Part shown: in pieces, positions 13,901 to 26,016 of the stretch
How positions within the stretch are numbered: the first letter of the stretch is position 1
Layout: each line of letters begins with the position of its first letter
Assembly: GCA_037447605.1 (NCBI GenBank)
Contig: CM074814.1
Location: 2,108,001-2,172,000 of the forward strand
Reading direction: 5' to 3'
Length of the DNA stretch: 64,000 nucleotides
Origin: Zygnema circumcarinatum SAG 698-1b
Taxonomy: Eukaryota; Plantae; Zygnematophyceae
Made by a program: the position numbers and the translations under genes
Notes under the pieces: model-generated
The model's database searches: none
Seen by the model: the letters and a program-made list of their open reading frames with translations, nothing else
Told to the model about the DNA's origin: nothing

Positions 13901-16900
13901 GGTCGTTCAAGATCAATGTGACCTGTCCGTGAAAACGTCTTGCAGTTCTGTAGTCACTGACTTGCTTTGCATGTCGATGGTATTAATTTCTGGGTGGCAA
14001 GTCAGAGTAATACGGTGGCCTATACTTCGAGATGTCTCTGATGTTCACATGGCCCATGCTGCGAGTTGCAAGGATGTGCTCTCATTTTTTCAAGCGTTTT
14101 CTTGTCATTGACAGGGCATGTACGTAATATTCATTTTCCCTTCAGCGTCGAGGTGGATACTGCTTTCAGTGTTGCAAGTGAGATGGTGGCAGAACTCGAC
14201 CTTTCTGATCAGGATGTCAGCAACATCGCAGAGATGATTGATGCCGAAATTTTAGCATTAGTGCCCGATTGGCATCCTGGAGTTGCAGTGGAGGAAAGCT
14301 CCGGTATTCAGGGTAGCGACGGAGAGCTTGAAAATTCATCTTGTCACTCTGATGACGAGGGAGGTCAAAGTGAACAGGAAGATGAGGGTGAAAACCTGTT
14401 AACCGTTTCCTCTACACGGTCTCTCATTTCACCTGTTTCATTTAGAGACAGGTCAGAGTCGCCATCGCGGTCTCGATCTCGCTCGCGGTCGAGACCCAAT
14501 AGTCGTGGGTTGGTTTTCTCTCCTCCACGAATGTCAGTAGGAGCAACTTCTCCTCCAAAAAGGTTTTTGGAACGTGGGGTTTCGCACGGCCGCTTTTGGG
14601 AAAACATTGTATCTGAAGTGCCAGTTTTTTCTAGTGACGAGTCAGAAGGGAATGGACGTGGAGACATTTCTCCTGTTTTAGAAGACGGGGAAGAAAATGA
14701 AGCTCAACTTGACAGTCCCAAGAGTTCATCAACAAGAGATTTGGAGCAGTCTGTTTTGCCCTATACTGGAGGGCCAACATTTGATTCGACTTTGGACTCA
14801 AAAATGGATCATGTCGATGCGAGTGAGTCCTTGTTGAAAAAGAGTGGTGATCTTCCTCGCAGTGAGAGCAGAGGTGGTTTGACTGAGGAGGTGCGCTTGT
14901 CCGCTGACAGCAAGTGGAAGAGTCTCTCAGATTTGAGTGATCTGCGTCATACAGATGCTCGACATCTTTTGCATGGCTATCGGGGGGAGTTGCCATCCCC
15001 ACCTCCAAAATTGGAGCACAGTAAGTCAGTTGATGTTCTCTCATACAAGTCAAAAGATGAGCGGTGGAGAAATGGTGAAGCATGTGGGCCAGGTGAGATT
15101 GGCGATGAAGGAGACGGTAGTGTGGAGGAAGTAGGAGAAGAGTCGGACCTCATGGAAGAGGAGGAGAGGCTGAGGTGGGAAAGGGAGCAAGCAATGGCAG
15201 AGTTAGAGCAAAGGTACTATCAGAAACTGATTGAAGTACGGAACAAACACCGAAGGTTTCGAGTGGATTGGCCAACTTCAGATAAGCAACATGCAGAGTC
15301 GACTGCACATATTGCCCATTATAAGGAATATGGACGCGAGCAGAAGCGAGATAAGGATCGAGAAAGAGAGCCACATTATCGTGAGGAGCAATCCCGGAAT
15401 GGTGTGAATGGATTCACCCCTGCTGAGCATGAGTGGGAAAGGTCTCATAGGCGGAGTCCTACTCCACCCATGTATGATGATTATGGTGGCTCAGGTCGCA
15501 CTACCCCAACAGGATGGCCTGAGACGGGAGAGGAGGAGTATGCAAGGCGACCTCGGCGAGAGCGGGATTTGGAGTTGGAACGTCGGAGAGAGAGAGAGGT
15601 TTTGAAAGGAGAAGGCTCTGCAGAACTGGTCTATCCAAGACCTCGAAGGGAGGTGGCGGTGAGGAAGGAAATGACTTCAGGAGATGGCCATGTGCAGCGC
15701 GAGATTTCGCGAGAAAGAGGATCATCTGTGGGACAGGAGCCGAGAGACTTGAGAGAGAACGGAAGAGAGAGGTATCCTGCAAGATCAGATGTTCGTGAGA
15801 GTTCAAGTGAGGCAAGTAGGCGTGACAAACCATTGGAGAATGGGCAGCGGAGGTCAAGGTCCCCTCTGCCAGACTCCGTTCGCCTTGCCGATGTAGGGGA
15901 AAGTAACTCTCTGCGGAGGGAGCTACCTGTCGATCCGATCACAGGGAGGTGGCATGATTATGATTCGGATGTTTCCAGAGAAGCATCTGGTCGTGATGCT
16001 GCTCCTCGCAAGGAGAATTACAACGAGGCAGCCATGATTCTTGCACGGAACCGTGCTGGAGGTGAGTTGCCCGGTGCAAAATATAGGGAGGCGGGCATGG
16101 AGGAGCATCTCCCAGCTGGTCATGGAAGGAGGGTGAGTGGAACAGAGCCTATCAGGAGAGAAGCGACCCGAGAAATGTCTGAGTTTGCCTCTTCCCGAAG
16201 GGAAGTTGAAGATGTTAGACGAGAGAGTGGGTCTCCTGAGCAGGGCTATGGGTGGAGAGAGAGGGAGAGAGATCGCGAAAAGATTCGCGAGAGGGAATTG
16301 CGGAGGGATCGGGAAAGAGAAAGGGACAGGGAGAGGGAAAGGGACCGAGACTACAAGAGAGATCTGGAAAGAGACTCCTACACCTTGGTAAGGGCTTACC
16401 GGAGAGATGAGCGCACCCTCACTGGTAATGGACTCAGGGAAGGGCCTTCCAGTGAAGCTGCTCCCCATAGGAAAGAGCGTGACGGTTATGGTGAATCACG
16501 GAAAGATGATCGTTCAGTCGAAAACCGCCGCCGTGAGCGGGATTCATTTGGAGATGATGTTATCCCCCCACGGTTAAGCCAAAACCCACGGTCCGTAGAA
16601 GGGGGCGCCACTTTGTCTGAGAGGGAGGGACGCAGGGACAGCAGAACAGAAACCACCCACATCCGACGAAGTAGCAGTCGAGATAGAGAAGAGATCGTTG
16701 GGAAGGGTGAGGCGGAGCTGACAAGAGGGAAGGGTTTGCCTGCCTCTGGGCGGTCTCTACCGAGAGAGTCGTCCACTGATAGCCATAGTCGGGAATCTGC
16801 TGACGGCAGGAGAGATGACCGGCGGGAACATGGGGGTCATCGGCGAGGACCCTCTGCAGAGGGCATTTGCTTGGCAGGGCATGAAGGCGGCAGTGTGGAC

Positions 16901-17140
16901 ATCCTTGTGGTTGAACACAAGGTGGACTCAAAGTCCTCCCTCTCCAGGAGCTCGTCTTTTCGGTCCTCCTCCCACAGCACGGAGCAGGAGGGGCCGGCTG
17001 CTCCTCGCACAGAGTCTCAGAGCGCTGTGCGTCCTCCTCCCCCTATTAAGCGGGGGGGGTCTGTATCCGATCTTGGGGAGGTCCGGGACTCGAGTCTTGT
17101 GAGCAGCAGCTTGGAGCCTGAGAAAGTCTTGGGCGTGTAA
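10943..17140 (+). CDS. WNK: WNK (With-No-Lysine) Ser/Thr kinase, 7 exons, about 1440 aa
   Basis: Exons 10943-11065, 11765-11802, 12127-12354, 12554-12777, 12949-13106, 13309-13834 and 14115-17140 splice in frame (4323 nt). Motifs: [20 protein letters not shown] (displaced catalytic Lys), [34 protein letters not shown], and the autoinhibitory region [24 protein letters not shown]. Confidence 0.95.
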
Positions 17141-18724
17141 GAACAGGTGGAGGGAAGTGCAGAGGGGTGATCACGGGGAGGGAGGGAGGGAGGGAGGGAG
17201 GGAGGGAGGGAGGGGGTAGGAAATCTTGGTAGTGAAGGCTCCTGTAGGACACTTTTTTCTATTTGCTACCTCTTTTGAGGACCCGTAATCGTTCACTGTA
17301 GATTAGTAGTGCTTGAGGTAGCTGTGCTAAATTCTTTGGTGGCAGACTTTTGTTGTATATAAGCCTCTCTGTGCTTGTAGGAGGATTTTGGATATTTCAA
17401 TCTTAGCCTTAACTTAGCCTTTCGTAGTATCATGGGAATGATGTTATGTGGAATGCGAGGGAAGGTTGGAGGCAGGCGAGGGAGGGAGGAGGGCAATGAG
17501 GGGCGGTATTGAGCCGGGGCATTCATTCCGGTGCTTTTTGATTTTTTGTAAACCTTTTTTACCTTCCTTTTTTTTCTTTTTTCAAAATGTAAACAGCTAT
17601 GGTAGCGCTCTGCCATGCTCCTTTTCTCCCCCCCCATGTGTCCCCGAAAAATTCTCCTTTCTTTTGCCAAAAAATCATATATGTTGTGACTTGTTTCAAC
17701 GCCAATGCTGAGCCTGCCAGGATGCTGCCAGGACCCATATGCTCTCTATACGGCAATTTGCGAATTGTCAATCCTGATCTTCAGAAGCTGTTGGAGGATC
17801 AACAGACAGACGATCAACCTGTCTGGAGGTTGATCTGCCGAAATGTTGATCTTTAATTTTTTTTTCATTCAGTAAAGTAGCCGGCTGTGGATCCTTTCAG
17901 ATCCACCAGAAGCCAGCAAATCAACGTCCACTCTGACTATCCAATTGACGCTTCGAACTAGGGTTTCGCACCCCCCAATCAGACTCACCACGTGGCAAAA
18001 AACCACGTGGCGTGTCGCCATTGGGAAATGCTCTCAATGGGACCCGACCGCAATATAATGTACATCGAACGGTCCCCCAAGCTCGATGGTCGCGCTGATC
18101 GGACGGCCAGGATCAGCCGAAGCAACCTGAACCCCAAATCTGATCTCAATAAAACCCCGTCAGAAACAAATTGTCCGTACAGTCCCAACTCGATTCCATG
18201 TGAGAAATTTACGTCACAGTTGAAACTAATTTTGCTGAACTGTGCGCATGGAGCCTAGCGGCCCAGGCCCGGAGAGGGGCGACGTGGCGGCCTCTCCTGC
18301 GGCCGCTCGCGGCCGTTCTCTCTCCCACTCTCCCTCTCTCTTCCCCTCCCCCTCCCCCACCCTCCCTCCCTCCCCGTCGGCCATGCTCCGCGCCTCCCCG
18401 CCATGGCTGCGGGCGCCCACCTTCGGCCGGCACCACAAGGTAGAGCTCGCTATGGCGCACCGGTAACTCATATAATGATGCCTCGTTACAGCAGCGCGCA
18501 GTGTTCTCCGGGCCTCCCTGACGCTCGCAGAGAGCAACCCTAATATTCCTTGATCCTTAACCCTAATATTCCAGTTTGAGCGCCTTGAGAGTCTTGGAAG
18601 GCGGCAGATGTGTTCCTGATGATTATGGAGCTCGCGGAAGGAAGATCAGAGAAGCAAGCCCTAGATACCGATTGAGCAGGTGCTGTTGTTGCCTGCATGC
18701 ATGGATCCTTAGGTGAAGAAGGCC

Positions 18725-20140
18725 ATGGCGTCCCTTGAAGCTTCCAAAGAGCGGCGGCAGCCCTCTCTCGGCATTCCCCAGCGTTACATTACCGTTTTCC
18801 TTACCTTCCTTTGCACATGCGTCTGCTATGTGGAGCGTGTGGGGTTCTCCCTCGCATACACTTCAACAGCAAGGCGCAGCGGAGTCGATCAAGCGACTAA
18901 GGGTTGGGTGCTCTCTGCCTTCTATTATGGCTATGCAAGCTCTCAAGTTCCAGGAGGCTGGGCAGCTCAAAGGCTGGGAGGCCGCAAGGTGCTGCTGTTC
19001 TCCTTCATGCTGTGGTCGGTCACCTGCATTCTCACACCTACAGAGCCGGGCCCCATATTTGCGCTCATCGCTACACGCCTTTCTGTAGGGGTAGCTCAAG
19101 GTTTTATTTTTCCATCGATTCATACGGTGCTGGCTCAATGGATCCCTCCTCACGAAAGGTCGCGCTCAGTGAGTCTGACGACATCGGGTATGTACTTTGG
19201 AGCTGCGGTCGCAATGCTTTTTCTTCCAAGTCTTGTAGCGGCAAGGGGTCCGGAGTCCGTGTTTCAATTAGTGGCAGCCATGGGCATCGCCTGGGCAATT
19301 CTATGGATGCGGTATTCTACAGATCCGCCCGGAGGGGCGACGGGGTATCCCCAGCAGACGGAGAGGCCGCGTGCAGTAGGAGTAGGGCCTGCCATTGTAG
19401 AGGAAAATGGAGAAGGCGCACTGAGAGAGATAGTTCCACTCAAGAAATTGGAGCTCGAAGCAGGGGTTGGGTCGTCAAAAGCACGGCGACCAAGTAAAGA
19501 ACCTCACATTCCATGGTCCCGCATTATGGTCAGTTTGCCGGTATGGGCGATTGTAGTGAACAATTTTACATTCCACTACGCTCTGTACGTGTTGATGAAC
19601 TGGTTGCCCACATATTTCGATCAGGGCTTGCACGCCAGTCTGCACAACATGGGGATCTCAAAGATGCTGCCCTATTTCGTCATGTTTCTTTTCAGTAATA
19701 TCGGTGGCATTATAGCAGACCACCTTATCACCCAGCGCATTTTCTCCGTCACTTATACTCGAAAGCTCCTTAATACTCTCGGCTTCCTACTTTCGGCGGT
19801 AGCTTTGATGATGATGCCGGTGCTCCGCTCTGTGCCCGGAGCTGTTCTCTGCTCGTCTGTGGCCCTTGGGGCCTGCGCCCTTGCGAGAGCAGGGTTTGCA
19901 GTTAATCATTTAGACATAGCTCCGCGCTATGCAGGAATTGTAATGGGGGTTTCAAACACTGCAGGGACAGTGGCGGGGGTGGTGGGAGTGGCGGCAACGG
20001 GGCTCATTTTGGAAGCAGCAACCGACGGGACTGCAGATGTGGAGGGTTGGAGGCTGGTGTTCGCCACTCCAGCAGTGCTATGCATCATTAGTGCAGTTAT
20101 ATTTTGCATTTTTGCAACCGGGGAAAGGATATTCGATTAG
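18725..20140 (+). CDS. PHT4;6: MFS anion/phosphate transporter (SLC17/PHT4 family), PHT4;6-like, intronless CDS
   Basis: IPQRYITVFLTFLCTCVCYVERVGFS, SQVPGGWAAQRLGGRKVL, WIPPHERSRSVSLTTSGMY, LMNWLPTYF and C-terminal TGERIFD match PHT4;6. About 12 hydrophobic segments. Confidence 0.93.
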   Translation: MASLEASKERRQPSLGIPQRYITVFLTFLCTCVCYVERVGFSLAYTSTARRSGVDQATKGWVLSAFYYGYASSQVPGGWAAQRLGGRKVLLFSFMLWSVTCILTPTEPGPIFALIATRLSVGVAQGFIFPSIHTVLAQWIPPHERSRSVSLTTSGMYFGAAVAMLFLPSLVAARGPESVFQLVAAMGIAWAILWMRYSTDPPGGATGYPQQTERPRAVGVGPAIVEENGEGALREIVPLKKLELEAGVGSSKARRPSKEPHIPWSRIMVSLPVWAIVVNNFTFHYALYVLMNWLPTYFDQGLHASLHNMGISKMLPYFVMFLFSNIGGIIADHLITQRIFSVTYTRKLLNTLGFLLSAVALMMMPVLRSVPGAVLCSSVALGACALARAGFAVNHLDIAPRYAGIVMGVSNTAGTVAGVVGVAATGLILEAATDGTADVEGWRLVFATPAVLCIISAVIFCIFATGERIFD

Positions 20141-22000
20141 GGTTTTGGATTAGTTCCTGCCAATGACTCATTCTTTTGACATTTTCTGAGAAAGTTCACG
20201 TAGGCTAAAATAGTATCGCCAGCGAGGACTGTTTTGCATTGCAGGCGGACACGTCCCATGTTTCCATGTCCGGCACGTTCCGGAGAACCCATGTAACAAC
20301 AGAAGCAGAGTCAGATAGGTTATGCGCTGTCGATAAAATGGATAACGGCATTTCTTATGATGTCAATGGACCGCCCTTGCAGTAGGAAGGGGCGCTGCGA
20401 GTAGGCTGGAGGGCAGGATGTGCCCTGCAACACTCTGACAATTTACAGCACTGCAGAAAACCTGCATTGCCATGTGACTCTCGGTTGGCACAACAGGAAG
20501 AAAAGAAAGGGAACGATGCGTCTCACTCATTATGTCCCAAGAATTCTCAACCCTAGCCTGCCCTTTCATTGGAATGGTCGTTTTTACTTTCTTGTCTTTG
20601 GTTTGTGGTGCCGTGTATGTGCTGTGAACTGCCTTTAACCAGGTGGTTGTGCCACTTTTTGAAGTCTGCCATGCGATTTCTTTCTGCATAATCGTTAAGC
20701 TTGGGGTCTGAACTCTGTTTTTTGCGGTGTTGACAGCTAAGCGTGCATGCTCTCTCCTGTCAAGCCGCCAAGGTTTCAACTTCAAGTTAGCAGTTTCCAG
20801 CTTGCACTTGCAGCAGTCTGTGTAGTTCTCAATTCGCCGTCTGCATTTTTTAGTTTGCAGTTTGTAGCTTGCAGTTGGGGGATAGTTAAAAACTAAACTA
20901 CCGCTACTTAGGAAGTGGAAAATCGTCAGTTAGCTCGTCGAATAATTACTAAGTTACCAGAGTGAGACTCACTCGGCATCACAACACCAATTTCCACTCT
21001 TTCACTATGCCATCAAGGTGTAAAATTAAGGCCAAAGACTGTGGTTGAGATAGGTGGCTTGGTTTGCCGTGAAACCATAGATCATCTCTCCTCGCCGTCC
21101 AACATGTAAATGCACCAAACCACTAGGACGGGATCTCTTTGAGGAGGCCATAGAAACCCAACCAACGCGTATCCAGGATAGTACGATGACAAATGGAGTC
21201 GAATACCAACCAAGAAGAGCAAGTCTTCAGGGTTTACAAGTTTCAAACTCCCAACCAAGCGGAACACATGGAATTGTGTCAACAGTGATACGGATTACAG
21301 TTAAAGGCATCGAACAGAGGGTTATTTGCAAGGTAAAACCTGAACCCCATGCGGACTACCTCCTTTTTTAGGGCATGCACATCTCCCTGAACGGGGGGGG
21401 GGGGCTGCTTCTTCAGACAAAGTCTGCACCAGAATTAGGGAGATAGCCCTCTCTTCCAAAAATATATGAGGAACAAACAGAAGCCAGAACTACACTGAAA
21501 CCCGGAAACCACAAGTAGCCCTAAAGGAGGAGGAATTCCTTATGTCGGAGCCACTTTCCCATTATTCACAGAAAAGGGAGCACCACCACCTCCACACATC
21601 GGCTCTTCCAGTATACAGACCGAGGGCGGTACTACAGAAAAACTCTTCAGTGCCTTCGCACTGTTAAAGGTTTAAGGAAACAGGGAAAGGAAGGAGGACA
21701 CAAAGTCTAAGGCGGCTGCAGTAACACTTCTGGCAAATACTTTTAGAGTCCTCGGCGGAAGTCAGCCGGCTGAAGGACCAGATACTTGAAGCCATCGGTT
21801 GCTCCCACCCGCCTCCATTTTTCGATCCATCCCATTTTCCCTCTCCTATTTACTAATGTAACACCCCATATATGCAACGAATAGAACTTCGTTAACCAAG
21901 TAGCCGACAGTTACGCATAATGTTGCACAATGGTGAGCCATGAAATGGTGGCTAACCCCTGGCCGCCTCTGTGGACGAAAAAACCTAGGCATGCCCTGCT

Positions 22001-24262
22001 TTACTCATGACGTTCCTCCCCTATGGTGTCGGGTGAGTCTGCACCTTCCAAACCCTTGGCTTCGGCTGTCGCAGCAGCGGTGCCTTCTCTCGAGGAGCTA
22101 CCTTCAAAACTTGAAAAGGCATACGCAATAGCCGCTGAGCATGCTACACCAATGACTACTCCAAGACTTGCCAAGACCACTTTTTGCATGCGTTGACGGC
22201 GCCTCCGCCTCATTCTCTGCATTTCTGCATGAAACAAAGCCACCTCCACTTGTCAGACATCATGGGGTTTCAAAGCATGCATACCCAAAACACATAAGAC
22301 TCCGTTGCAGTGCATGAATGATTCAGAGGTTTCACAAATGATTTTCTCCATTATGCAAGTAATCGGCTGAGAGTACACAAATCGAGGTCAACTTAAGCTC
22401 CTGAGTGCTGAGAGTAAGCGTTTGGTATGTTCTTCCTCACAATGGTCAGTCAAAAAACTTGCTGACTTCATGCAGTCTCGCTACAGGCTCTTGTCAGGCC
22501 TACCAATTCTATGAACGACGCTGTACCCCGACGAACAGGCCTTGAAAAAATGTTGCCTGTAACTGACATAGCTATGAGGATGATCGACTGACACTGTGCA
22601 ATAGATAATGATTGTGAACTAAAAGAAGAAGAAGAAGAAGAAAGAAGAAGTGATAAAATAAGATAAGATATGCATGATACTTGCATAAATAGTTCGAGCT
22701 GAGAGCAGTAAGATACATGAACGTAGCACTTAGAAATGCATGGTATGTTCATCTAGACGCACCCACGTGGAGCGAAAACGTAGACACGACAACCCTGATG
22801 GCAGGACAAACAGTTTGAAATCCACTCTTACTTACCCACGTTCTCTTGAGTCTGATTGGACAGCTCTATATTCATGCGCTCCCAGAACTGCATTTTGTCC
22901 CGCAACCGAGACATTTCCCGCTCTTTCTGAGCCAAAACCCTTTCGAGCTCCTCTTTGGCAGCGGCTGCAGCCACCCCTCTGGCTATTGCTGCGGAAACCA
23001 TTCTCGCAACAACAATTTCCTGCGCTTCCTCTTCTTCAATTCTAGCGTCCGCATTCCCTTCTTCAACAGCTTCATCGCTCATATTTGACCCCTCTACTTG
23101 CATATTACTCCCTACAACGCTCGTTTCAACTTCCTTATCTGCCACAGAGTTCGTTTCATCTTCCCGACTATCCTTTTCAGTTGTGACGAATCCCGCTGGA
23201 AGCGAGGCTCCAAGAGAAGTCAATAGCCCGAGAAGTTCCTTCCGCTTTTGCCTCTCTATGTTAAGTGCTTCCTCAGCCGCCACTCTCCGCATCTTCTCTT
23301 CATGGAATCGAGATGAAACTTCACGGAAGTCGTTCCTTGATGAAGGGCTCCGACCAAACAAGTGAGATCTTGCGGACTCGTCATCACTAACATATTCTGC
23401 ACATCCACCATCAGCAGCAGTAGTTTTCTCAGGTCAACAACTGTTAAGCCCCGCTGATGAAAACCGGCTTTCCGGAATCCATTCAGCTATCAACGTTTTC
23501 CATCAACCGTACGGGAGAAAGAAATAAGTTAAAACTGTCTCCTTCACCCAAAGCACAAACCTGAACAGCTTCCAGTACGCTTCCCTTAACATCTATTGCC
23601 AATCCTTGTCATGAATTTCAAAACTTTACCGAAATTCGACACACTAATGGCACGTTCTCGTCTGTCCAGAAAGCAAACCACGAGCACATGTAGAGCAAGG
23701 TAGGAGAGAGGAACTAACCGCTTAAGTCATCTTCTGCAGCATCGAAAAACTCATCATTCATATTCTGCACGAAAGCAGCTGAAAACGGCGGAGACCTCCC
23801 GAATCCCTCGCCTCGTCCTGGACTGGAGGACAGACTCGACACGCAAATGGAGCCATTTACAGGAGACCGAGCAGAGTGAAACGGAGCTCCTGCAGGGAAT
23901 ATTTTTGTGGTATTGATCCCTGCGCCTACTGTGTGCCCGTTACTCAAACCGTTCACTCCATCTCCTTCACCCCCTACGGGTAAAAACTCCTTTGATCGAA
24001 AAATGTCACCGATGCTGCTGCTCAGCGGCGGTCGAGCAGTTCCAAAACCAGAGAGCTTGCTGCGTGGATCCGCCTCACTACTGCCGTTTGCTGACCTCAA
24101 AGGAGGCCTTGAAGTGCGAGGCATGCCAGCACCCTCTGCACCAAACGAGCTCTCCTTCCAATCAAGAAAATGATCAATAGCCGGAGAGGGAAAAGCGCAC
24201 ATGCCGAACCTTCCCAAGCCTTTACTTACAAACAGTGGCTCGCCTTCCGGGCTCCTCCTCAC
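22001..24262 (-). CDS. Plant coiled-coil protein with EFFDA motif and a C-terminal transmembrane anchor; start codon uncertain
   Basis: Exons ~24262-23718 (ends DEFFDAAEDDLS), ~23397-22836 (coiled coil, EMSRLRDKMQFWERMNIELSNQTQENV) and 22224-22001 (EMQRMRRRRRQR, then hydrophobic VVLASLGVVIGVACSAAIAYAF). The last junction G|AA is in frame. Confidence 0.75.
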
Positions 24263-25024
24263 ACACTAACTCCAAATAAAGATACCGATCCTGCCAGCAC
24301 CCTCCTCCTGCCTGCTCCTCCTGCATACCCCCGCGTGCATCTCCCTCCCCCTTCAAACCCCCTTCATCCTCCTCCTCCTGCACCGCCTTTGCAAACCCTA
24401 ACCCTAATTTCTCCCTCCTGCCGCCTCCCTCAGCTTGCTTAGGAGCCGCTTCCAACCTTCCACCCCAATAAGGCGGAGGGACTATATTGAGCTTCTTTTC
24501 CTGTCACGACTGGGGCCAATCACAGCCTGCCATGGCAGCAGGGTTAACACGTGGCACGCCCTGGTTGGCCTTCGCTTCGAGAGAGTACTTACAGGGAGTC
24601 GTGGAAGCCTGCCTGGTGTATCCTTCGGCTCCATGTGGGGGCGCCGCAGTTAAGGTTTGCGACGCTCTACGAAACAGCGTGGCAGCAGTAAAATGGGAAA
24701 AAGCGTCGCATTCCATGCTCCAGTTTTACGCAGTTCCGTGACTGAGAACAGCTAATTTCCTACGTGGCATCCAGAAGGGGACGTTTTCTGCCACGCTGGC
24801 GCTCCCTCGGACAAAGGATAAACAGAACTGGTACGTGTCTCCGCCGTATGCAAATGACAACGAGTGCCTGCCTGTACTGATTTCGGACAAACCGTGTTCC
24901 GAGACAGGGAGGTTCTGGAACGGTCGCGTACGACCGCCGCCCTGAATATTCGCCACCCTCCAATAGGCGGTTGCCACGTGGCGGCATGACGTTGTCAGAA
25001 CCAAACTGATACCAGCTCACGCCC

Positions 25025-25520
25025 AAGGCTCTAGGCCATAGACCCTAGGGCCTAGACCCTAGACCCTCGGTCATAGGCCCTAAGCCTAGACCCTAGGCCC
25101 GCTATCATTGGATAAACATTAGGCCCTAGTCCCGAGGCCACAAACCTTCGACCCTAGACCCTCGATCATAGACCCTCAGTCATAGGCCCTACGCCATAGA
25201 CTCTAGGCCCTCTGTCATTGGATAAACTTTAGGCCCTAGGCCCTAGGCCCTAGGCCCTAAGCCCTAAGCCCTAAGCCCTAAGCCGCCCTAAGCCGCCCTA
25301 AGCCCTAAGCGTTAAGCCCTACGGTAGGCCTTTAAGCTCTAGGCCGTAGGCCCTACGCCCTGGCCCTAGCACCAGGGTCATACCCTAGGCCCTACGCCTT
25401 AATACACTAGGCCTTAAGGCTTTAGGCCCTAAGCCCTCGGTCCTAAGCCCTCGGTCCTAGGCCCTAGGCCCTAAGACCCTATGCCCTAAGACCCTAGCCC
25501 CTAGGACCCTAGACCTTAAC
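25025..25520. repeat. Degenerate telomere-like heptamer array (CCCTAGG/CCCTAAG/CCCTAGA)
   Basis: Dozens of 7-bp CCCTAxx units, purest at ~25234-25310. A higher-order block TCATTGGATAAAC occurs twice. Confidence 0.85.
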
Positions 25521-25850
25521 CCCAAAGGCGTATGGCGCAGCAAACAGAGTGAGTAAAAGTTCGGAGGGTTTTAGGAATTTCGCAACATGGCCATGGAGCG
25601 TCAAAGCATGCCAAAGTGAACCACTTTTTTCTTCCATGCCAACATTTGAACCGGAGCACTTTCCCAATACAGAAGCCATCACAACCTTCCTCACAACTGC
25701 GCCTCCTGCCTAAACTACACTCCCTCGCATTTCGGAAAACCTAATCTGTGAGGTGCCACCCCTCCTCCCTCTCCAGGCACTCACTAGTTACATCAATTTT
25801 CAGAAAAAAAAAAAAAGCAACTCCTAAGATTCAAGTGCTTAAGACTTAAC

Positions 25851-25937
25851 GGGAACCCAAAGGGACCCAAAGGGACCCAAAAGGACCCAAAGGGACCCAA
25901 AGGGACCCAAAAGGATCCAAAGGGACCCAAAGGGACT
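25851..25937. repeat. 10-bp minisatellite (GGGACCCAAA), about 8 copies
   Basis: Directly visible, just 3' of the PPR stop codon. Confidence 0.95.
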
Positions 25938-26016
25938 CCCTACAACAGGCCCTGTCCTACTCCTTTCGCTTTCTATGGGCTGCGATTTTAACACCAATTG
26001 GCAGTAAAAGCATCTG

